A stretch of DNA of 64,000 nt from the NCBI GenBank assembly GCA_963725095.1, contig CAVRXJ010000024.1:149837-213836 (forward strand), written 5' to 3'. The translations under genes were made by a program, and so were the position numbers. Shown in pieces: positions 41,939 to 52,266 of the stretch. Positions within the stretch are counted from its first letter, which is position 1. Each line of letters opens with the position of its first letter. This DNA comes from an uncultured Acidobacteriota bacterium (GTDB lineage Bacteria > Acidobacteriota > Thermoanaerobaculia > UBA5066 > Gp7-AA6). The notes under the pieces are model-generated. The model was not told the origin of the DNA, made no database searches, and saw only the letters and a list, made by a program, of their open reading frames with translations.

Positions 41939-43105
41939 GGAGCCGATTCCAGCAGACCCGTCAGCAGCGCGGCCCGAAGCGGGAGGTCCGACAGGACGAC
42001 GTGCTCGTCGCGGGCATGTGCTCCGCCTCCCCGCGGGCCCAGACCGTCGAGCGTCGGGACTCCCGCCGCCGCGGTCAGGTTTCCATCCGAGGCTCCCCCG
42101 ACCCTCGCCTCTTCGAGTTCGATCCCGAGCTCCCGCGCGACCCTCTGCGCCGAGTCGAAGAGCGCGCGCGAGGCCGTCGTCGGCTCCATGGGTGGCCGGT
42201 CGAATCCGCCCTCGACGACCGCCGATACCCGCGCGTCCTTCGGACGGTAGCCGCGGATCCCGGCCTCCACGCGCCGCGCCTCGTCGGACGTCCAGACGCG
42301 CGCATCCACCGAGAGCGTGGCGATTTCGGGCACGACGTTGGTTCGCTCGCCGCTTCGGGCGACGGTCGGCGTCACCGTCGTCTCACGCTCCGGCATCCCG
42401 AGCGATTCGAGAAAGAGCACGCAACGCGCAAGCTCCGAGAGCGCCGACGCGCCCGCTTCCGGCTCGAGACCCGCGTGCGCCGCCCTGCCCTGGAAGCGCA
42501 GCCGAAAGAGCCCGGCCCCCTTGCGGGCGGTCTTCGCGGCGCCGTCGAGCGATGGCTCGAGGACGTAGACGCAGCGCTGCCGCCGCGCGACCTCGAGGAG
42601 CAGGTCCCGCGACGCCGTGGTGCCCGTCTCTTCGTCGGGCACGAGCAGCAGCGTGGCGCTCCGGGGACGACCCCTGCGCGGCGATCGCCTCGAGCACCGC
42701 GATCGCGACGGCGATGCCGGCCTTCATGTCGAAGACGCCCGGTCCGAGCGCGCGGCCTCCCTCGACGCGATACGGTAGCTCCTTCAGGGTGCCGATCGCC
42801 CAGACCGTGTCGAGGTGGCCGAGCAGCATCGCCCCGCCCTCCCCCGTTCCGACCCTCGCGAGGAGCGCGTCGCCGCGCCCCGGACAGGCGCGCGTTTCCG
42901 CCGCGACCCCCGCAGCGACGAGCCGGTCCCGAATCCAGCGGGCCAGCGCCGAGACGGCCGGCGCATCGTCGCTCGGGCTCTCCTGCAGGACCAGGGCCTC
43001 CAGGTCCGCCTGGAGCCGGCCGGAATTCCCCTCGAATCGCGCCAGCGCGTCGCGGACGCTCACGTCACTCGGCGCCCTTGCGAGTCCCCCGGGACGGATT
43101 TCCAT
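41935..43105 (-). CDS. M20-family metallopeptidase / aminoacylase (carboxypeptidase G2-like); one apparent frameshift near 42640
   Basis: MLLGHLDTVWAIGTL...GPGVFDMKAGIAVAIAVLEAI (metal-binding H and D, catalytic D-M-K), then LLLVPDEETGTTASRDLL...LEPSLDGAAKTARKG...FRLRFQGRAAHAG...(dimerisation domain)...GASDGN.... Confidence 0.75.
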
Positions 43106-43991
43106 CCGCCGGCGCCTGGTCGTACCACCGGGTTCCGGAAAGGTATTCCTTCTCCGTCTGCCGCAGGAGCGCCAGCGACCGCTTCGGCTTCAGTTGCGCG
43201 CAGGCGACGAGCACGGCGTTCAGGGCGGCCATCGGCGCCGCGTAGGAGCCCGAAAGGGTCGATCCGAAGATCGGCGCCAGCAGGTACGCGTCGCAGGTTC
43301 GCGCGATCGGCGTCGTGTCGCTGTCGGTGATCCCGAACGTCGGGACCCCCTGCTGTTTCGCCTGCATCACGGCATCGACGGTGGCCCTCAGGCAGCGGCC
43401 GAAGCTGATGGCGACCAGCAGATCGCGACCCGTCAGCACGCGGACCCGGTGCTGCAGGTTTCCCACGCTTCCGATCGGGGCTTCCGCGGAGAAACCGAGC
43501 GCCGTGAGGCCGTAGGCGAAGAACCAGGACAGCGAGGCCGCGAGGTCCACGCCGACCACCGCCACCGAGCGCGCCCGATGGATACCCCGCGCCAGGTCCA
43601 CGACGCGCGCCGGGTCGAGACCCGACCGCAGCGCGTTCAGGTTGTGGAGGTCACGGTCGAGGCTGTGCCGGACATGGTCCGAGACGCTGCGCTTCTGGCG
43701 GGCCGTCGCCTCGACGATCCGGTAGGGAGTGATGCGGTGGATGAAGTGCTCCCGCAGATCCCCGAGGAAGTCCGCGTACCGCCGGTAGCCGAGCGCCTGG
43801 ATGGTTCGAACGATCGTCGCCGGGTCGACCCGGTACTTGCGCGCGAGCGCGCGCGAAGAGAGGAAGAACGTCTCGTCGGGATTTTCCAGAGCGGCCTGAA
43901 CGATCCGGCGGCGCCGGGGATTCAAGCCGGGAAGAGCCTCCGCGAGACGCTGTTCGATGGCGGTTCGGGTCGGCATGTCGGCTTCCTCCAC
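43065..43991 (-). CDS. RpiR/MurR-family transcriptional regulator (HTH plus SIS sugar-phosphate-binding domain), intact
   Basis: N-terminal HTH RRRIVQAALENPDETFFLSSRALARKYRVDPATIVRTIQALGYRRYADF; SIS: RARSVAVVGVDLAASLSWFFAYGLTALG...RDLLVAISFGRCLRATVDAVMQAKQQGVPTFGITDS. Confidence 0.85.
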   Translation of the reverse strand: MEEADMPTRTAIEQRLAEALPGLNPRRRRIVQAALENPDETFFLSSRALARKYRVDPATIVRTIQALGYRRYADFLGDLREHFIHRITPYRIVEATARQKRSVSDHVRHSLDRDLHNLNALRSGLDPARVVDLARGIHRARSVAVVGVDLAASLSWFFAYGLTALGFSAEAPIGSVGNLQHRVRVLTGRDLLVAISFGRCLRATVDAVMQAKQQGVPTFGITDSDTTPIARTCDAYLLAPIFGSTLSGSYAAPMAALNAVLVACAQLKPKRSLALLRQTEKEYLSGTRWYDQAPADGNPSRGTRKGAE

Positions 43992-44048
43992 ACGCGCCTG
44001 CGGTCCGACGGCCGGCGCTCTTTCCGCGCCGGCGGCGCGGGTAGAATC

Positions 44049-45138
44049 TCACGACACGCCGACGCCGTTGCTCCCGTGCGTGAAACGCTCGACGTGCTCC
44101 GTCCGGGCGTCGACGAAGTCCCGATCGATTTCGAAGCCGATCCCCGGCCCCTTCGGGATGGCGATGGTGCCATCCCTGCTCACTTCGACCTCGGGGAGGA
44201 TGATGTCCCGGGCGAAGTACCGGCGGCTCGCGGAGATGTCGCCCGGAAGCGTAAAGCCGGGAAGGCTCGCCAGCGCGACGTTGTGCGCCCGGCCGATGCC
44301 GGACTCGAGCATGCCGCCGCACCAGAGCGGGACTTCCTGCCGGCGGCAGATCTCGTGGATGGCGAGGGCCTGCGAGTAGCCGCCCACGCGACCCACCTTG
44401 AGGTTGATGATCCGGCAACTTCCGAGCTCGAGCGCCTGCCGCGCCGCCACCGCGCCGGTGATGCTCTCGTCGAGACACACGGCCGTCGCGAGCTCCCGCT
44501 GCAGACGCGCGTGGTCCAGCAGATCGTCGTGCGCGAGCGGCTGCTCGATCATCAGGAGCCCGTAGGCATCGAGCTTCTTCAGGTGCGGAAGGTCCGAAAG
44601 GTGGTACGCCGCATTGGCATCGACGGAAAGCGGCAGATCGGGAAAGCGGTCCCGCACGCGGTCCAGCACCGCCACATCCCAGCCCGGCTTGATCTTGAGC
44701 TTCACCCGCTGGTATCCGAGCGCGACGGATCGCTCGATCCTTTCGAGCAGCTCGCCGATTCCCTTCTGAATCCCGAGGCTGACCCCCGCCGCAACGCGAT
44801 CCCGCAGCGCCTCCCAGAACGGCCGACAGGGTCTCCCCCCGGGCCTTCGCGACGAGGTCCGCGAACGCGAGCTCGAGGCCGGCGCGCGCCATCGGGTGGC
44901 CCCGAAACCGGCTGAGCCGCCCCGCCAGGTCTGCGAGCGACGCGACCGGCTCGCCGAGAATCGCAGGGGCGAAGTGGTCCCGGACGACCTGGTTCACCGT
45001 GCCGACCGTCTCGTAGCTGTAGAGCGGCTCTTCGCCCGCCACGATCTCGCCCCAACCCTCCAGGCCCTCCGCCTCCAGCCGCACGAGCACGATCAGGCGC
45101 GACGCCATGCTGCCGAAGCTCGTCTCGAAGGGTTCCAC
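44049..45138 (-). CDS. Enolase-superfamily enzyme of the MenC/NSAR subgroup (N-succinylamino-acid racemase or dipeptide-epimerase-like); one apparent frameshift near 44700
   Basis: KLKIKPGWDVAVLDRVRDRFPDLPLSVDANAAYHL (KxK; metal ligand D), LLMIEQPLAHDDLL (E), VCLDESITG (D), RIINLKVGRVGGYSQA (second K), LWCGGMLESGIGRAHN. Confidence 0.75.
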
Positions 45139-45416
45139 GAGCGAAGCCGGAGCCGCCGGATCTCGACGGATTCCAGACGGAGCGGTGAAGGCGGCTTCAG
45201 CTCCGGGAGACCCGCGCGCGCCGGCCCCTCCCCCACCGTCTCCACGGCCGTCTCTCGCGGGAGATCCGATCGTGGCTTAGACAACAGTTGTTGCCAAACC
45301 GTAGCAGACCTCACTCCGGACGGTCAAGAGAAACGCGTTTGCCACTGCAGACAGCCCCTGGATGAGCCTGCAGCATGTGTTGCAAGAAGCCCCGAAGACC
45401 GTGCGGACCTCGCGGG

Positions 45417-47558
45417 TCAGGGCCCCGTCGGCAGGTCGTACAGGGTGATGGGCGCGCCCCTCAGGTACTTGTCGAACCAGTTGAGGATGTGCTGCAGGCG
45501 CTCCACGCGGTGCATCGGCTTTCCCGAGCGCGAGAGCTCGTGCGTTTCGCCCGGAAAGACGATCATCGCGGTCGGCTTCTTCAAGGCCTTGAGCGCGCGG
45601 AACATCGGCTCGGCGCCCTGCCCGGGCGGCGTGCGGTCGTCGCGCTCCCCGACCGTGAGCATGAGCGGCGTCTGGATCTTTTCGGCGTAGCGCACGGGCG
45701 AGCGCGCGGAGAACTCCTCGGGATCCTGGAAGGGGTACGTCCGGAACCACGTCGGCTGGAAGAGCGTGAAGTCCGCCGTGTACCAGAAGGACTCCCAATC
45801 GGCCACCGAGCGCGACGAGACCGCGGCCGCGAACCGGTTGGTCTGCGTCACCGTCCAGTTGGTCAGGAGACCTCCGCCGGAGCCGCCCGTCACGCCGAGC
45901 TTCGATCTCGTCGACGGAGCCGCGCCGGATCACTTCGTCCACGCCGGCCATCAGGTCCTTGTAGTCGTCGCCCGGATAGCGGTACTGGATGATGTTTCCG
46001 AAGTCCTGCCCGTAGGTCGTCGAGCCCCGCGGGTTGGTGTAGAGGACGAGGAACCCCCGGGCGGCCATCCACTGAAACTCGTGGAAGAACGCGTCGCCGT
46101 ACGCGGCATGCGGGCCGCCGTGGATCTCGAGGATGAGCGGGTACTTCCGGGCGGGATCGAACCCGGGCGGCTTGAGCAGCCAGCCGTTGATCCTCGTTCC
46201 GTCGAAGCTCGTGTACCAGAGCTCCTCGGGGGTCGCCAGATCGAGCTCCGCGAAGAGCGGGTCGTTGTGCCGCGTCAGCTGGGTGAGCCGGCGCGTCGCG
46301 ACGTCGAAGGCGTAGAGGTCGCCCAGGTGCGTCGGGTCTCCGATCGTCGAGAACCATCTTCGATCCGTCCGGCGTCGCCGAGGTCGCGAAGACCTCGTGA
46401 TTCCCTTCGGTCAAAGGCTCGATCCTGCGGGTCGCGACGTCCAGGCGAACGAGGTTCGACCGGCCGTGGAGCGTCGTCACGAGAAGGACGGACCGTCCGT
46501 CCGGCGTCCACACGAGGGGCGTTCGGCTGCCGCCGCGCGGCGGGTGCTGGTCGCCGGTGACCTCGCTGCCGATCGTGAAATCGCCGCCGGCGGTCAGGGC
46601 GACGGCCTTTCCGCCCGCGTAGAGGAGGACATCCGAGCGCGTGTAGGACTGGGCCTGCGGCGGATTCACGAATCCCGATCAGCGCGAAGCTCTTTCCATC
46701 CGGAGCGGGCACCGCCTGCTGGATCGGCCCGGCGATGTCGGCGACCGTCTCGATCGGGCCTCCCGCGGCCGGCACGGAATAGAGGTTCGCGTCGGGCGGG
46801 TCGTAGTAGGGCTCGAGGTTCCGATCGGAACGGAAGAGGATCGCCGACCCGTCGGCGGACCAGATCGGATCGGCCTCGATGAAGACGCCGGACGTGATCT
46901 GCCGCGCCTGCCCCGGGCCGTCGGCGCCGGCCGTGACCGGCACCGTCCACACGTGATCGGGTCGCGTGAAGTCGAGCCAGCCCTCGCCGTTCTGCCGGAA
47001 GACGGCGCGCGTGACGACGTGGACGTCGCTCTTGTCGGCCTTCGGCGCCGGCTTGTCCTTCTCCTTCGCCAGGCGCTGCGCCTCGAGGTCCTCGGCGTTG
47101 GTTCCGCTGGTGAACGCGATCGCCTTGCCCGAGGGCGACCAGACGGGCGTCGACGCCCCGCCCGGCAGATCGGTCAGGGCGCGTGCCTCGCCGCCGTCGA
47201 GCGGGAGCAGGAAGATCTGGGGCTTTTCCTTCTCGCCCGGCGAGCGCAGGAACGCGAGGGTGCGCCCGTCGGGCGACCAGCGCGGAGCGGAGTCCCGCGG
47301 GCCGGCCGTCAGCCGCCGGGGCGCCGCCGCCGCCGAGGTCGGCACGATCCAGAGGCTGGTGTCGTAGCCGTCGTGCTTCTCGTTGACCGTCACGAGGACG
47401 TACGCCGCCTGGCGCCCGTCGGGCGAGATCTGCGGCGCCGCCACCCACTGGAACGCGTAGAGGTCCGTCTCCGTGATGGGCCGTTTCGGCGCCGCCGGAG
47501 CGGCAGCCGGCCACGCGACGAGCGCCCCAAACAGCACAACGACGCCTCGAAACCGCAT
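45417..47558 (-). CDS. S9-family serine peptidase (acylaminoacyl-peptidase / dipeptidyl-peptidase-like) with N-terminal beta-propeller; at least 4 apparent frameshifts
   Basis: GGGAGGAAT RBS; signal [24 protein letters not shown]; propeller repeats ([32 protein letters not shown]); catalytic domain ...[17 protein letters not shown] (GxSxG), ...GERDDRTPP (Asp), ...FPGETHEL (His). Confidence 0.75.
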
Positions 47559-47641
47559 GATTCCTCCCGCCAAAATGCGCGGAAGCATAACTCCCGACGG
47601 CACGACGCGTCCCTCGGGGGAGAAGGAGGTCTCTGACCGGC

Positions 47642-47974
47642 CTAGACGGCCTGCGTGTCGTCGAGGTTCGGCTGGCCTTCGCGCCAGACCATGTCGAGCA
47701 GCCCCTGGAGCTGCTCGGGGGTCCGGTCCTCGGCGAACGTCAGCGAGTGCTGGAAGGCGCCGTGCTGCACGGTGAGCGTGAAGTGGAAGCGGTCCTTTTC
47801 GCGGGTCGAGCGGATCGTCGGCTCCGAGACGTGCGCGATGTTCGCCTCGTCCACGAGCCGGCGCAACTGTGCGGCGCGGTCTTCGTCGAGCGTCTCCGTG
47901 TCGAGCGAGGCCGTGCGCCTGGCTCCGGCGACACCGCCGACGCGAACGACAGAGACACGTATCGGGCTACCCAT
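47642..47974 (-). CDS. Emfourin-like protein (candidate protealysin/M4 protease inhibitor), 110 aa, intact
   Basis: Small ORF directly downstream of the M4 protease gene in the arrangement described for protealysin-emfourin pairs. Sequence MGSPIRVSVVRVGGVAGARRTASLDTETLDEDRAAQLRRLVDEANIAHVSEPTIRSTREKDRFHFTLTVQHGAFQHSLTFAEDRTPEQLQGLLDMVWREG. Confidence 0.5.
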   Translation of the reverse strand: MGSPIRVSVVRVGGVAGARRTASLDTETLDEDRAAQLRRLVDEANIAHVSEPTIRSTREKDRFHFTLTVQHGAFQHSLTFAEDRTPEQLQGLLDMVWREGQPNLDDTQAV

Positions 47975-48067
47975 GCACTTGCGCCTCGGAGTTGTCTAAG
48001 GACGACACATTTTGAGGCCGAGGGGGGGTCCCTCGCAAGAGCACCGGCGTGCGACGGCGCCGTCGCC

Positions 48068-49086
48068 CTACAGGCCGACCTGTCGCCACGCCTCGCGCAC
48101 GGCTTCCTGCTCCGCCCCGCCGGTTCCAAAGATCTCACCCGCCACGGCTTCCGTCGCTTCAGCGGCCGCGGCGAAATCCGAGCTCTTCCGCAGGCGCTCG
48201 GTCAGCGCGACGTACCAGATCCGGCCCGCTTTCTCCCAGGCAAAGCCGCCGATCGAGACGGCGGCCAGATAGAAGGCGTGGTTGGGGATCCCCGAGTTGA
48301 CGTGCACGCCGCCGTTGTCGTCGGGCGCGGCGTCGTAGCCGCTCATGTGCGCCGGTTGCGGGTCGTTGCCGAGGACGGGATCCGCGTACGCCGATCCCGG
48401 CGCCCGCAGCGACCGGAGGCCGACGCCGCGCACGCGCGCCGTGAAGAGTCCCTCCCCGATGATCCAGTCCGCCTCGGCCGCGCTCTGCCGACGCTCGCGC
48501 TGTTTGACGAGGGATCCGAACACGTCGGAGAAGGACTCGTTCAGGGCTCCGGGCTGGTCGTGGTACTCGAGGGCGGCCTCGCTGTCGGTGACGCCGTGCG
48601 TCAGCTCGTGGCCGATCACGTCGATCGACTTGGTGAACCGCTCGAACAGCTCGCCGTCCCCGTCGCCGTAGACCATCTGCGCGCCGTCCCAGAAGGCGTT
48701 GTCGTACTGCACGCCGTAGTGCACCGTCGAGTCGATCCGCATGCCGCGCCCGTCGATCGAATCGCGGTGGAACTCCCCCCGGTACAGGTCGTCGGTCGCT
48801 CCCGCTCCGTCGTAGGCTTCGTTGACGGCGACGTCGTCGGAGGCGGGATCTCCCTCCGAGCGCACGAGCGCGCCCGGCAGGCGCGTGCGGTGCTGCGCGT
48901 CGTAGACGGCGCGGCGCTTCTGCCCCGCCGGAGGCGGCACCAGCAGATGCGCCAGCAGCTCCCTCCGGCCGCGCAGCCTCTCGGAGACCGCGAGCGTCGC
49001 CAGCGCCCGCCGGCGCTGCTGCGGCGTCCCGTTCTCGACGATCGACGTCAGGATCTGCGGCGGCAGGATCCCTCGGCAGCTCACGG
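48068..49086 (-). CDS. M4-family (thermolysin-like, protealysin-type) zinc metalloprotease with short N-terminal propeptide, intact
   Basis: GTG start overlapping the dppA-like stop (GTGA). Propeptide motif VSCRGILPPQILTSIVENG; VIGHELTHGV (HExxH), ...ALNESFSDVFG (third Zn ligand Glu), GGVHVNSGIPNHAFY (conserved His). Confidence 0.85.
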
Positions 49087-49977
49087 CGCCAGATCGGGCT
49101 CGTAGTTGGTGACGAACTCGAGAAACCGCATGACCTCCAGGATGTCCCGGCCGCGGAAGCGGATCGCGTGGGCGTCGATGCGCTCGATGCCCGGAAGATA
49201 GGAGAGCAGCTCCGCGGGGCGGTAGTTCTTGAACCGCAGGTCCAGGGTGACTGGCTCCGACACGCGGTAGGGCTTGAAATCCTTCGCCCTGCCGATCGCC
49301 TTCTTCGCCGCCTCGCGCACCCGGGCGCAGGCGGCTTCTGGAGTGAGCGTGCGCGCGGAGTGGAAGCCGTAGGCCCACTTGACCGTCGCGGTCTCGAGGC
49401 CCGGCAGCAGCGCCGCGGCTTCCTTGGTGATGGCGTCGTCGCCGGAGAGCATCACGACCGGCACGTCGAAGTGGCCGGCGATCGCCGCGTTCAGGCCGGC
49501 CTCGGGCATCGAAACGCCGTTCAGCCGCACGTCCGCGAACGTCGCCGACGACATCGTGTGCGCCCGCACGCCCGCCGGGTTGGTCGTGCTGCTGTGGTAC
49601 CCGACGAAGATCGCCGCCGCGAAGGTCTCGTCTAAGCCCTGCATCATCGCGAGCGGCCGCGGCCAGGCCCGCACGATGGTGACGTCGGCCGGGAACCGCT
49701 CGATGAGCAGGCTCTCGCCGTTGCCGTGGGAGTCGGACACCACGAACTCGGTCGCGCCGGCCGCCCGCGCACCCTCGATCGCGGCGAGCGCCTCGTTGGT
49801 CATGAAGCCGCGGAAGCGCTCGTACTCGAATCCGGGAGGGCCGAGCTGGTCGCCCGTCACGACGCCGGCGATCCCCTCCATGTCGACCGAGATGTAGACC
49901 TTCATGCCGGCGCGGACGGCGGCCGGCAGCGCGAGCAGGAGCAGAAGGCTCGAAAGAACGGCGCGCGGAACCCTCAT
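49081..49977 (-). CDS. dppA: M55-family D-aminopeptidase (DppA-like), apparently secreted
   Basis: MRVPRAVLSSLLLLLALPAAVRAG signal, then MKVYISVDMEGIAGV (the DppA N-terminal signature)...SDSHGNG...GYHSSTTNPAGVRAHTMSS...; alternative cytoplasmic start at M 49905. Confidence 0.75.
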   Translation of the reverse strand: MRVPRAVLSSLLLLLALPAAVRAGMKVYISVDMEGIAGVVTGDQLGPPGFEYERFRGFMTNEALAAIEGARAAGATEFVVSDSHGNGESLLIERFPADVTIVRAWPRPLAMMQGLDETFAAAIFVGYHSSTTNPAGVRAHTMSSATFADVRLNGVSMPEAGLNAAIAGHFDVPVVMLSGDDAITKEAAALLPGLETATVKWAYGFHSARTLTPEAACARVREAAKKAIGRAKDFKPYRVSEPVTLDLRFKNYRPAELLSYLPGIERIDAHAIRFRGRDILEVMRFLEFVTNYEPDLAP

Positions 49978-50011
49978 CGCGGACCTCCTCCGCTTTCGCG
50001 GGGACACTCGA

Positions 50012-51289
50012 TCACGCGCCCTTCTCCGCGAGCTCCGCCGCGGGGGCGTCTTCGTTTCGGATCGTGTAGGGCTTGTGCAGCACGCCCTCCCACCGCGCGA
50101 CGACGACCGAGGCGACGCAGTTTCCCATCACGTTGATGGACGTGCGGGCCATGTCCATCAGCTCGTCCACGGCCAGGATCATCGCGACGCCGGCTTCGCC
50201 GGGCAGGTTGAAGGCCGCGCACCCGGCCGCGATGATGACGAGCGACGCGCGCGGCACGCCGGCCACCCCTTTCGAGGTCAGCATGAAGGTGAGCATCATC
50301 AGCAGCTCCGTCTCCAGAGGCATCTGGATGCCCGCCGCCTGCGCGATCGTCAGGGACGCGAGGGAAATGTAGAGCGTCGAGCCGTCCAGGTTGAAGGAAT
50401 AGCCCGCCGGAATGACGAACCCCGCGACGGACTTGGGCACCCCGTACTCGACCATCTTCTCGAGCGCCCGGGGCAGCGCCGCCTCGGAGGACGCCGTCGA
50501 GAACGCCAGCAGGAACGGCTCGCGGATCGAGCGGAAGAACTCCTTGAGCGGGGCGCGCGCGATCAAGAGCGCCGGGACCAGGACGAGCAGCGTGAAGAGC
50601 ACGAGCGCGCCGTAGAGCGAGCCGACGAGCTTCGCGTAGGAGGCCAGCACGCCGATGCCGTGGTGCGAGACCGAGCCGGCCATGGCGCCGAAGACCCCGA
50701 GCGGCGTCAGGGCCATGACGTAGTCGGTCAGCTGGAACATCACCGCGACGACCGAGTCGAAGAACCGGAGGAACGGCTCCGCCCGACTCTGGATGTGCGC
50801 CGCCGCGATCCCGAGCAGCGTCGCGAAGATGACCACCTGGAGGATGTCCTGCTTCGCCATCGCGTCGATGACGTTGGAAGGGAAGAGGTGGAGCAGCGTC
50901 TCGACGAGCGTCTTCGGCTTGGCGAGGGCCTCGCCCGAGGGGGGCAGCTTCAAGCCGTCGCCCGGACGGACGACGTGGGCGATCGTCATGCCGAGCACGA
51001 GGGCGGCCGTCGTCGCGATCTCGAAGTAGATGATCGCCTTGACGCCCATGCGGCCGACGGCCTTGATGTCGCCCGTCTTGCCGATCCCGACGACGATCGT
51101 CGAGAAGATCAGCGGGACGATCAGCATCTTGATCAGGCTGATGAAGGCCTTCGAGAGGAACCGGAAGCTCTCGTAGACGGCCGGGTACTGCTCCGCCGGA
51201 AAGAGAAAGCCTGCGAGGACCCCGAGCACGAGGGCGTAGAAGATGAGCGCCGTCGACGAAAGCCAGCGCGGCCGGTTCGAGGAGCGCAT
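50012..51289 (-). CDS. Dicarboxylate/amino acid:cation symporter (DAACS; GltP/DctA-like), intact 425 aa
   Basis: ...IKMLIVPLIFSTIVVGI...AFSTASSEAALP...GYSFNLDGSTLY...MMLTFMLTSKGVAGVPRASLVIIAA.... Confidence 0.85.
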   Translation of the reverse strand: MRSSNRPRWLSSTALIFYALVLGVLAGFLFPAEQYPAVYESFRFLSKAFISLIKMLIVPLIFSTIVVGIGKTGDIKAVGRMGVKAIIYFEIATTAALVLGMTIAHVVRPGDGLKLPPSGEALAKPKTLVETLLHLFPSNVIDAMAKQDILQVVIFATLLGIAAAHIQSRAEPFLRFFDSVVAVMFQLTDYVMALTPLGVFGAMAGSVSHHGIGVLASYAKLVGSLYGALVLFTLLVLVPALLIARAPLKEFFRSIREPFLLAFSTASSEAALPRALEKMVEYGVPKSVAGFVIPAGYSFNLDGSTLYISLASLTIAQAAGIQMPLETELLMMLTFMLTSKGVAGVPRASLVIIAAGCAAFNLPGEAGVAMILAVDELMDMARTSINVMGNCVASVVVARWEGVLHKPYTIRNEDAPAAELAEKGA

Positions 51290-51337
51290 TTTGCGGGGGA
51301 AGCCTACACGATGCCGGGCGGATTACAGTAGGCGCGC

Positions 51338-52249
51338 ATGGAGCTCCCGACGCCGCTGGAAAGGGTTCCCGACGCGATCGCGAGCGGGCGCGACGTCTTC
51401 TGGAAGCGCGAGGACCTGCACGAGCTCGGGGCCTTCAAGTGGCGCGGCGCGCTGCCCGCGCTCGAGAAGTATCGGCGCGAGGGAGCGCGCGGCGTCGTCA
51501 CGGCCTCGACCGGCAACCACGGCGCCGCGACCGCCTGGGCCGCCCGGCGCACGGGCCTCGACGCCACGGTGTTCGTTCCGCGCGGCGCCTCGCGCGCCAA
51601 GCTGTCCCTGATCGCGTCCTTCGGAGCGGATATTCGCGAGGGCGGCGACGACCTCGACCGCGCCAAGGACGACGCGCGGGCGTTCGCGGGCGCGGGCGGG
51701 CTCGTGTTCTTCGAAGACGGCGACGAGCCGGCGCAGGAGGAGGGCTATGGCGCGATCGCCGCCGAGATCCTCGGCCAGTGCGCAGGCCGCGCCGGCGGCC
51801 GTCGTCGTTCCGGTCGGCAATGGCGCCCTGATCGGCGGCATCGGAGAAGTCCTGCGGCGCCGGGCCCCGTCGACGCGGCTGATCGGGGCCGTCGCGAAGG
51901 AGGCTCCGGTGATGGAGCTGTCCCACCGCGCCGGCCGGGCCGTCCCCTGCGACCGCATGGCCACCTTCGCCGACGGGCTCGCGGTGCGGGTCGCGATCCC
52001 CCGGGCGGTCGAGACCCTCTCCCGCGTCGTGGACGGCATGGTGCTCGTCTCCGAGCGCGAGATGGCGCGGGCGGTCGGGCTCTCTGCGGCCGCCGGAGAT
52101 CCGCGTGGAGGGCGCAGCGGCGGCGGCGCTCGCGGCCCTGCCGCACCTTCCCGAGTTCGCCGGACCGATCGTCCTCGTCGTCACCGGCCGCAACATCGAC
52201 GAAGCCCTCTACCGGCGCGCGGTGGACGATCCGGACTCCTTTTCGGCCT
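51338..52249 (+). CDS. Fold-type II PLP enzyme of the serine/threonine dehydratase family; 2 apparent frameshifts
   Basis: LHELGAFKWRGAL (PLP lysine), VVTASTGNHGAATAWAARRTG (S-x-G-N-H-G), then frame change ...VVVPVGNGALIGGIGEVL..., C-terminal IRVEGAAAAALAAL...VLVVTGRNID. Confidence 0.65.
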
Positions 52250-52266
52250 GAGAGAATCGGCTCCCG

